Origin: Pseudogymnoascus verrucosus
Lineage: Eukaryota
Direction: 5' to 3' (one strand)
Assembly: GCA_001662655.1 (NCBI GenBank)
Contig: KV460259.1
DNA: 21,722 bases
Below the pieces are notes generated by a model that had not been told where the DNA came from, made no database searches, and saw only the letters and a program-made list of their open reading frames with translations. This document shows, piece by piece, positions 11,028-20,435 of this stretch; position 1 is the first letter of the stretch; each line of letters opens with the position of its first letter. Made by a program: the position numbers and the translations under genes.

Positions 11028-11804
11028 TCACAGTAGAGTATCATGATGGGTTGAACTCCCCGCATTTGACCTATTGAATCTCCCTCCTGTGCTAAGCCTA
11101 CTCATCTTCTCCTCCCTTTCCCACCGACTATAAAAGAACTCCCGAAACACCGGCGTCACGCTCGCCATCGGCTCCCCCCAATCAAGCACAATCTCCCTCC
11201 CCTGCTTCCACCGACTATTCCTCACCACCGCCGGCTCCACACTCGCCCTCGCATCCGCACGAATCACCTGCACCAACTCCTCAAACAACGTCCCCATCGT
11301 CAAATCCTCCTTCGCCAACCCATACGCCTCCACCCCATCCCGCGGCTCCGTCGCCGACACAGGCGGCTGCACAACCAACATCTTCCGCCAGCTCGCCCCT
11401 GGGTAAAAGTACACCTCCCTCGCCCCCTCACCAGCAAAACACTCCATCTCCCACACCTCCTCCATCTTCACCACATACCGCCTCATATACCGATTCATCA
11501 TGTAGCGGAATGGTGCATACGCCCTCTGCGTGCTACTCGGCATGTCATAGCGCTTCCCGAAATGCGGGTTGTCGAAGAGCGCGGGGAATTTGGCCGCAAG
11601 GAGCGGATTGACGGTCCTGGGAGTGGTGGCTGGGGCGGGGGCGAGAAAGAGCTGCTGCTGGAGGAGGGGGGAGGAGAGGATGGCGTGTTGCCAGGTGCGG
11701 GAGACGAGGGGGGCTGTGAGGAGGAGATCGGGGACAGAGAGGTGCGTGAGGATGTTTTGGAGGAGTTCCGGGATGGATAGGACGGTGGTGGTTGCGGATG
11801 ACAT
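11028..11804 (-). CDS. F-box domain protein (258 aa, apparently intronless)
   Basis: N-terminal VLSIPELLQNILTHLSVPDLLLTAPLVSRTWQHAILSSPLLQQQLFL is a typical fungal F-box. It is followed by NPLL...FP and ASWRKMLVVQPP motifs common in this expanded fungal family. Confidence 0.88.
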   Translation of the reverse strand: MSSATTTVLSIPELLQNILTHLSVPDLLLTAPLVSRTWQHAILSSPLLQQQLFLAPAPATTPRTVNPLLAAKFPALFDNPHFGKRYDMPSSTQRAYAPFRYMMNRYMRRYVVKMEEVWEMECFAGEGAREVYFYPGASWRKMLVVQPPVSATEPRDGVEAYGLAKEDLTMGTLFEELVQVIRADARASVEPAVVRNSRWKQGREIVLDWGEPMASVTPVFREFFYSRWEREEKMSRLSTGGRFNRSNAGSSTHHDTLL

Positions 11805-12664
11805 GGCGGGGTAGTGGAGTTGCGTGTCGCGCGTCGCGTGCCTTCCGGGTTGACGGGAGCTTGCTTTCCCCTTTCCGCTGCTGGGGATCTCTCTGTGGTA
11901 ATGCTCTTCTCAGTGAATGTGCTGCGCTTAGATGGGGTCGTGGATGCGATGTAAAACTGGTAGGTGTTGGCTTCTTGGACTGGTATGTATACTGGGCATG
12001 AAGATATTTAAAGCAGATTCTAATATTCTTGGGTCTTGGGTTAATACTGTTGCCTGTATTATTCTCACGACTTCAATCGTCGTCATGCACTGGTTTATAT
12101 TCCAAGGGTCCAGGCAACTCTATTTCAACCAAGTAGGTAGTCCTTGGGTGGAGCATCCGATCCACCCCTGTCAGACTTTCTTGGCCAACCATCAGAGAAG
12201 CTTACGGAGCAAGTCTTCCCCAAAACAAGCTCGTGGGCTGTCTTCGGCGAAACTCTCACTGGCGCAGGTTCCTGATGACACAAATATATATTATGGGCCT
12301 GCTTAGGATGGCTTGGCGCTGCTATTTTGGAACCAGGCGGAAGGCGCCAGAGTTAACAAAAACACACCATGGGAATACGACGGTCAAGGAATAGTAGGTT
12401 TCAAGACGTCAGATTAACTGTTCTCGTATATATATTATAGCTTGTATGCAACATAAGGAAAAAGCCGTATGGTCTTGTGTAGTGTACAACGTATATACAC
12501 TCCCCCAGGAATTATCCTCCGCCCACTTTCCCAGCCGTGAATGCGCCAACCCCCAGCCAGACCCTCGTGTATATATCCCCTTTTTAGCCCCTTGAACCCC
12601 CCATCCCCAGGCCATATGTATTACAGCAACCAGCAGCGACCCAAAACCAGACACGATATCCAAC

Positions 12665-15600
12665 TCAGTTGCCAAACAGGCGACGTAACCGCCCAAACTT
12701 CCTCTTCTTCCCATCTCCCCCAATAATCTCCACAGACCCGGCCGTATTATTCCGCCTTAGGACCCCAGGCCTCGATGCCGCTGCCCCATTGACAACGCCA
12801 GCCCCATTCACAACACCAACCCCCTCCCCATTAGCCTTCCACCCATTAGCAACCCCATCACTAGTCGCCGGCCTCCCATCTGCCTGCACCTCAACAGGAG
12901 GCGGGGCCTGGAAGCTCGCCGTCCTCGACGGCCCAGCTCTCTTCTGTAACCTCGGGCTCTGCGCCGCCTTCACATTCCCATCTCTGCTCTTCACAACCTC
13001 CAAATCGGCCTTGCTGCGCTCAAGTGGCGTATCCCTCCTGGCTGCCGACTCGCCCCAGTCCGTGCGCTGAATGCGTCCAGACTGCTCCGGCTTCTTGCGA
13101 CGAAGGATACTCATCAGTCCCCCCTTCTTGCGCGGGGCTTCACGGAAATCAGCGGCAGATATTTCTGTCGCGTTGCCGCCAGCCTGGAAGTTGGCGCGGG
13201 CCATGCGCAGCGCGGCTGCGTTGACGCCAGATGCACCGCCGCGGAAGGGAGACGAGTCATCGCTATCAGGCAAGTCGCTCGAGTCGCCGTCCACGGCGCT
13301 GGAGCGCGGTATAGGTCTTAAGCTCTGTGTGCGGCGGGACGACCCTGTGACAGGTGGCGGTGGTACGTCGTCCTCTTCGTCGCTAGAGTCGGCGAAGCGG
13401 CTGCGGAAGGTAGTCGCGGGGCGAGCGTCCTCCTCGTCGCTTGAGTCGGCGAAACGGCTACTGGGCTTGAATGCCTTTGGCGCTGGAATTGCTTTAGTCC
13501 GGCTAAAGAGGCGGCGAGGCGATTTGGGAGGTTCGTCGGGTGCAGAACGGAGAGAAGGCGTTGGGCGGGTGGTGCTACTGACTGAGGGTCTGCGGGAGGA
13601 AGGAGAGAGCGAGCGGATGCTAAAGCGGCTGGATTGCGCAGGTGTCGCGTCGATTGGGCCGGGGCCACGAAGCGTGGGAGTCTCCCGGCTGTAAGACCCT
13701 CGCATCGAGCGCTTCATCTGGAAGCTATCCTTGCGCGGCCTGTCACGGACAAAGCTGCTGTCTGACTCCACAGATGCGCTGCGGCGAAGCGTTGGTTTGG
13801 GTGTGGGCGCTGGCTTGGGAGCGTTCGCCCTCATTGCTGCCGCAGCACCTCCAGCTTGTAGCTTATTTCCTCCCCTCGGACGGCTAGATGCATTGCTTCG
13901 CATGCTGCCTCCAGCATTGTCTCGCATTGACATTCGCATGTGGCCCTCTTCCTGCCTGGACTTTGGAGCACGTAACGAGGTCCTCATACTGGGCACACCG
14001 TCGGGTCCTGCCTTGGCACCTGGGGCAATCTGATACGTTCGGTCAACCGCAAGCGCAGCGGCTGCGTTCTTGGCCCGTTGATTCTCCCTGACAGTCGTTT
14101 GAGCCTTTGCAACAGATGCTTGCTTCAGCGGCTTCAGATCTGGCACTTCATCTTCTGACTCTTCGCGCTCTTCGTCGTTCTCAAGAAGCGCGTCGAGCTC
14201 CATCTGTCGCCGTTTATCTGCGGACAAACCGGACCAGAAACGCTGGGATTCATCCCATCCTTCGCCCGAATCAGGCGCTTTAGGCGTCTCCGCGGTTTTG
14301 ACACTAGGTTCCGTGCCATCTAAAACGGCGTCTAGAGACATGAAGCCATCGCCATTGTCTGATAATTCTTCGGCGGCATCGCTGTAAATGCTGTCGCCAT
14401 CAGAAGATTCCTCGTTGATGGTGACAGGATGGCCACCAAGAATATTTTGCACGGCGACTGGTCCCCCTGCAACCTCATTTCCGGCAATATAATCTTTTAG
14501 TGGGATCTCCTTTTCATTTGTAGATTCCCAGGTATTGCCGTTCAAACCACTGGGGCTTTGATGCTGGAACTCCCCTTGCTCTGGCAAGGGTGTTGGTTGT
14601 GTAACCATGAAAGTCGGAGCATTGCCGTTGCCATTTGTCTTGGAGTCATGGGCTGCCGCATCATCCTGGCGGGGCTCCGTAGGAAACTCCTCCAGTTGTT
14701 CGCGGGCAGCATCATCACCCGGGGTCTCGACTTCCGGGATAACTCCAAGATCCTCAATAAAGCCGGGCTTTCCGCCAGCCTCAACCGTCTTCGACGCGTC
14801 CCCATCTTTGACAGCTTCGGGAACAGCCGCGGCCTTCCCCACCACGAAGCTGTGGGTGCTACTTCCACTATCGGAAACGTATCCGCTTCCCTCGACCGAA
14901 GTAACCTCCGGCGGCAGTGGATCGTTCGAATTAGACACGCTTGGCGCAGCCCTTAAGTTCCGCTCCTGCTGCAATAAAGACCCAACAGCATAGTCCGAAG
15001 ACTGGCCTGTGAAATACTCGCTTCTGCTATTCGATGGAGAGATCGCAGGTGGGGTGCTTTGAAGGCCCACTGGCTTTACCAGGGGGCGATCTTCTAAATC
15101 TCGGGGCTGGTTCTTACGTACGCTACCGAAGGACGGCAACACAGGCCTTGGGCCCATAATTTCATCTGGTCCATCCTCGATGGGAGACGTAGCTTTGCTT
15201 CCTCGGGTATAGCCGCTGGTCCACGGCCGTCTGGCTTCGGACGCCTCAGGTTCTTCGCCAACGATAACATTGTTGCGCTCGTCAAAGCTAACACGCACAG
15301 ACTTCTTCTTTGGCACGATTCGTTCTTCGGATTGATTCGTCGACGCATCGGAGACATCGCCAGAGCTGGGGCCAGCCGTCCAACCAGTAGGGGTATAGCC
15401 CATAGGAGACGGGCCCCGCGGCGATGGCGATGGTTTCAGCGCAGATTTGCGCGGCGATATTGACCGTGCCGGCGGCTCGTGGCGTATTGAAAATTGGCTT
15501 ACTGGGCTTGGAGTCGCGAGGAAATGCGCACGGGTAGGGCTGAGTGAGTGCGCTCTGTCTACTGCCTGTTTCTCCATGCGAAGAGCTTTTGTTGCCGTGT

Positions 15601-17152
15601 CGAGCGGCGCTAGAGCTATCGGAGCTTCCGGTTTGGGGGCTGTTTCTTGTGCTGGCGCCGGTATTTGTGCAGGTGCAGGTGCAGGTATCGGTGCCGGTGC
15701 AGGTACGGTTTCCGCCTGGGTAACCGGCGCCTCTGTTACCTCCATCCGTGGCTGGTTTTGTTGAACATTAGAACCAATATCTCCAGCTTGTTTCCTCGCT
15801 CTCCCAGATTTTGAGCGAGGCAAGGGCGACGGAGAAATATGACGGTCATCGCGATTGGCGCTTTCCAATTTCCTGAGAGCCGCTTGGCGCCCTAATACCT
15901 TCACGGAATCATCTTCGTCTTCTTCCCGTTGCCTCTCTTCCCTCACCATCGAGGGTTTATTTGACAACTGCTGTGACGCAGCCCGGCTATTATATTTCGA
16001 CGTTCTCTCCGACGCTTCGCTTTCGTTGTCTGATGAGTCTCGTATGCTGTTGCGCGGACTTGCGACTCGTTGACTCCGTGGGAACTCTTCACTCAGTATA
16101 CCCTGCGAAGTTTGTTGCGCTTGTCTCTCGTGGACGTTCTGCCTTTGTATGCTATCAAGCGCGGTCCCCTTTAGCCTCCCCCCAACCGACCCCTCCAAAA
16201 AATGAGACCCTTGCCCTTGGCGCAGGCTCTTCTTCCTCATAACAGGCTTTTGTGAAGCCTCCCGTAATCCCTGTTCATAGAACAACATATCGGCGCGTGT
16301 CCGCATAGTTCTCGTATTTGGGTCAAACACAAGCTCACTACCATTTAAAGCTTGACTGGATTGTCTTGGAGTTAGCATCCATTGCGCAGCTGAAGAACTT
16401 CGTCGTAGGCTAGTGGGTAAAGAGAAATTGACGGACCCTCTACTGCTCGGCCGATCTACACTGGTTAGCTCCTGAATATTGGACATACTGGTGACACGCG
16501 GTCCGGATCTCGTCTGCGCTGGTGTCCTCATTGTAGGTTGCAGACTAAGTCCTCTCCCGGTCCCTGGATTCACTGGTGGGGATGAAACACGGGTAGGCGC
16601 GGGCTGGACGCTAGACGGCCTCCTCACTGGAGTCGGCGACGCCCGCTCAATCAGGTTCTCCGGTATTGTCGGCACAGGCGGCGCATCTGATGCGCTCGGT
16701 CGTGCGACTCCTCTGGCTGGCGATGGATCGCGAAATGTCCTCTCGGACATCGAACTAGAACTCCGTCGCCGTTCCAATTGGGAGGATGCTCGCGCTGGCA
16801 CGGAGCTCGCTCTCGAGGATCCGGAATTCTCCCTGCGCATCGTCCGCTTCGTCTGGACCTCAGCGACGTTGGTCGGAGTTGTCGGCCGCGATCGCAGCGC
16901 AGCCGCTGCGGCGGCGGCGGAGAGTGTCGCATTGGATTTGCTTCGAGCCAGGAACGCCTGGGCGGCCGCTGTCGTCGCAGAAGGGTCCGCGTTGAGGTTA
17001 TTGTTGGCATGCTGTAGACAAAATCCGAGTCAGTACAAGGGTTGGTTGTGCAACAGGGCTCAATCTCCATGGATGGTGTCGCGACGCGAACAGCGCAAGC
17101 AACCAAGAATACGTACCGGGTTCGACGCCGCTCTCTTCCTTCGGCCAAACAT
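12665..17152 (-). CDS. Large Ser/Arg/Pro-rich, mostly disordered protein (~1460 aa), probable Seg1-like eisosome/cortical scaffold. Exons 17152-17117 and 17011-12665
   Basis: The 1391-aa ORF extends upstream in frame to an acceptor at 17012. Exon 1 is MFGRRKRAASNP and the intron is 17116-17012 (GTACGT...ACTGAC...CAG). The N-terminus ADPSATTAAAQAF...LSAAAAAAALRSRPTTP and the polybasic C-terminus KKRKFGRLRRLFGN recall yeast Seg1 termini from memory. The CDS itself is secure; the Seg1 assignment is inference. Confidence 0.85.
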
Positions 17153-18494
17153 ACTGGCTACAATGGGCGAAAGGCGTAGAAAACCTCTGCCAACTGAGGG
17201 CTGATGAGATTCTCTCTATGGTGGCATCGGGATGTCGTTCATGCAGAAGCCGTTGCGAGTATGACGACGGGTTACAGGTAATTCGCCAGACCCACCAGAG
17301 CTCAATGTAAATCAGGTTTGGCGGATAGGGATTGGGCGTAAGATGCGGTGAGATCTCGTGACTTGAGCCTGTTGTGATCTGCGAGTGCCAAGCTTTTGTT
17401 GGCAGGTAGGAGAATCGATCCCGACAACAGTGAGGAGAAGGAGAAGTTGAGGGAAGAGAGAGGAGATTGAGGAGGATAGAGGGTAGATGAGTGCCAATGG
17501 GGGTTTGAATTGGGCACTTTTGAGGCTGTTGATGGATTCTTAAGGGTTTAAGAACATAATGACGAGGGGACTTTTGAGCAACATAAGTTACTCTACGTAT
17601 TACAACTCTACGTATGTATCAGACAACAGACGACAGTAACGTCAGGTACTTTCCTTCTGCCCAACGGTACTATTTTCGGTCGGGTAACTGAATTTAGCTG
17701 TGATTTATTGGAGTTTATTGGCATTTAGCTCTGAAACTGCCAGGTGTTCCAGGCCTTGATTGGTCGATTAGGGGGACGATGGCTGAAGTTTTCAGTGGTT
17801 TCAGTGCGAATGAGTGTGAGCCAGTGCTGTATTCATAATGACGTCAGGCCACTAAAGTACCAACCGTTAAATGCGTAAGTACCAAAATAAACAACTTGGA
17901 ACAGCAGGAACAGCATGTGAAGAAAGGGTCAGGAACGACGAATAATTAGAGCCTGCGTAGGATGCAGAGTATGCTATGTAGAGTATATCATCTATTACTC
18001 TATAATATTCTACGAGTAAAGTAGGCATATATAAGCTTGCATGCTTTGGTATACCCATTTCTAGTATGCAGGGCCTATGTTTAGTCCATCATAGGGCCCT
18101 CTACTCTACATGAGGCTACATGGACCACTGAACCCTGAGCAGACAACCGGGTTCTGTTGTAGGGATAAATTGTGATGTAAGTGCTACATTCGGAAAACTG
18201 AGATAAGCTTGTTTACTGACAGGCTCCGATATTACAGCGGCAGTTGTAACTGATTAGCAGCTACTATCATGTTATTTCTATTTTATTCTCGTTGTATTCG
18301 TACATACTATGAACTGAACATATAGTTCGGCGACAGGGTTTCCAAGCTGCTCGTTGCCTCTAGGCTGCTGTCATGCAGGGTCCCCAACCAACACGGGATG
18401 CAGCAAATCCGGGATACACACACATCATGTTGCATATTTACTTCGCACATAATAAATGTAAGTTATCCATCTCCCAGATCCACCAGACCCCGCA

Positions 18495-20172
18495 ATGGAC
18501 GACCAAGAGCTCCTGGACAACGTAGACGGCCGCATGCATGGTCCTATGAGCTGGTTTATCAAAAGATACTTTGGCAACTTGCAGTGTGATCCCCAAGATG
18601 CCACTCTCTCAACTACCCCATCACCAGACGATTTCCTAGAGTGGTTTCCTAGCCATGCATCGGGAGAGTTTGACGGCGCTCGAGGCTCGTGGCAAATACC
18701 CGAGCATGACGACGGTGCACGCCTTCTCTTGACGATACCAGCGTCGCCAGCCTCCGACGTGCAAACCAAATGGGAGATGTCCAGGTTATTGGGCAGTTTA
18801 ATCACCGTGCTTGCATAAGCTATCAGGATGGACTACTGCGTCTCTGCCGGTCCGCATATGAGGTCTTCACCAGTCAGCCTACGCGCCTCTTCTTGCACGG
18901 ATTCTACATCCGCGGCTCACTGACCGAGCTTTGGGTCTTTGGTCGGTCTGGCCTATATTGCAGCGACGTATTTGATACTCAGAAGAACTTTGTCCAATTT
19001 CTCTCTATTATACGAAGCTACCAGCGACTGACAGACCAGGAGCTGGGGAAACTAGCTATTATTGAGATGGATGAGGGCGGTAGCTATATTACCCTCGATA
19101 GCGTAGAGATTCCCGCATTGGGAAAGTTATATCTCGAAGCTCAGCCAATTGCATCCCGCGAACGGCTTGTTGGCACTGGGACGACTTGCTACCGAGCCAG
19201 AACACCTAATTCGGATCGATGGGACTATGTTCTGAAGTTCAAATGGCGTTGGGTCAGAGATCGTCCAGAGGACGAACTTCTAAAGCTGGCTAGTAAGAAA
19301 TGTGTGTGGAGTTTGGTGTCCCTTGATTATTACAAAGAGGTTGAAAGTACATCAAATCTACGTCGAAGTATGCGGTGGGGGAAACACAGGAAATTCGCCG
19401 GGGTGGATAGAAACAATGAGCAACGGCAGGAAGCTGCTTTAATGCTGCCGGACTTGTCGACTATACCGAAGAAACTGGTGACTTCTTTCAGAACCGCATC
19501 CTTGCCTGTGTCGTTACGTCTCCTGTGGGAAGACCGCTTGGCACTTTTCACATGCTATTGGAGTTGCTTCAAGTATTCCGTGACTCTATCAAGTGTCACA
19601 GATCACTCTACCATGGCGCCAAAATCCTTCACCAAGATATATCGCCAGGGAATATAATCATCCTCGATGGTCAAGACGAACAAAAGCCAAAGGGGATCCT
19701 GATAGACCTCGACTCCGCAATCGAGCTCGCTGAATTATTAGAAACTGAGCGTGGAATTACCGGCACCAGGCCATTCATAGCTATCGGCGTTCTGAAGAAG
19801 GAACTGCATTCCTATCGACATGATCTCGAGTCCTCCTTCTACGTTTTTCTATGGACGATCATAACGAACCACGCAGATGACCCTCCTGAGACAAGCAAGC
19901 TTCGGCAATGGAGTAAGGGCGAGTGGGAGGAACTGGCAGTGCGCAAGTCGCTTGACATGTGTCAGGATAGCTTCCATAGTATTCTAGAGGAATTTAAGGT
20001 AGAATTCGAGTCTCTCAAGCCGGTGGCTAAAAGGTTACATCGAATTTTGTTTCCGATGCGGGATGGGATTATTTGGACGGAGACTGACGGATCGCCTGAG
20101 GCTGTGGACAAGCTTTACGATGGGATGATTGAGGCGCTTGAGGAGGCCATTGCGTTAGAGGGTCGGAGATAG
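18495..20172 (+). pseudogene. Fungal-type protein kinase (FunK1 / Pkinase_fungal) gene with two frameshifts (pseudogene or sequencing error)
   Basis: Three consecutive frames carry colinear FunK1 motifs: W/DVQVIGQF, QPTRLFLHGFYIRG..ELWVFGRSG, LVGTGTTCYRA, VLKFKW, FQNRILACVVTSPVGRPL, ILHQDISPGNIII, GILIDLDSA, TGTRPFIAIGVL, HSYRHDLESSFYVFLW. Frame switches occur at ~18774 and within ~19420-19480, with no plausible intron at either. Confidence 0.85.
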
Positions 20173-20233
20173 ATATAGTAGATATGAAATTTTTATTTTA
20201 CATGGCCTCTAGGTAATAATTCAAGAATATGTT

Positions 20234-20368
20234 CCGGCCCAACCGTGAGCTGGGCCCGCTCATGAGCTGACCGGCCAGCTCATGAGCGGGCCGGCCCAAC
20301 CACGAGTTTTGAAGCTCACGGTTGGGCCGGCCCAACCGTGAGCCCAACCCAACCCAACCCAACCTAAC
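20234..20368. repeat. Terminal/subterminal repeat array: direct and inverted copies of CCGGCCCAACCGTGAGC, two long palindromes, and a (CCCAA)n tract
   Basis: The 17-mer occurs at 20234-20250 and 20327-20343, inverted at 20314-20330, and as a variant at 20291-20306. There is a 40-bp palindrome at 20253-20292 (one mismatched pair) and a perfect 30-bp palindrome at 20314-20343. (CCCAA)4CCTAAC spans 20343-20368. Confidence 0.95.
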
Positions 20369-20435
20369 GTAGTAGTGTAGAATAGTATCGTAGAAAATTC
20401 AAATCTATAACCTACAACCTACAACTATAGCAATT

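Noticed and set aside
11792..12726. ORFs 11932-12306 (+), 12409-12723 (-) and neighbours
   Set aside because: No recognisable homology. They lie in the F-box promoter and the 3' UTR region of the large gene.
12669..17204. Numerous plus-strand ORFs (e.g. 13071-13694, 16479-17204)
   Set aside because: Antisense shadows of the GC-rich low-complexity minus-strand gene, with no recognisable domains.
17940..18120. TA-rich stretch that could be a RIP-degraded transposon relic
   Set aside because: No coding remnant or terminal repeat could be read. A RIP-index calculation and repeat-library search would be needed.
20234..20343. CRISPR-like repeat array or tRNA
   Set aside because: Eukaryotic context, no regular repeat-spacer period, no cas genes, and no cloverleaf or box A/B pattern.
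20343..20368. (CCCAA)n as a telomere remnant
   Set aside because: The usual filamentous-ascomycete telomere repeat is CCCTAA. The tract is short and matches the GCCCAACC core of the adjacent terminal repeats.
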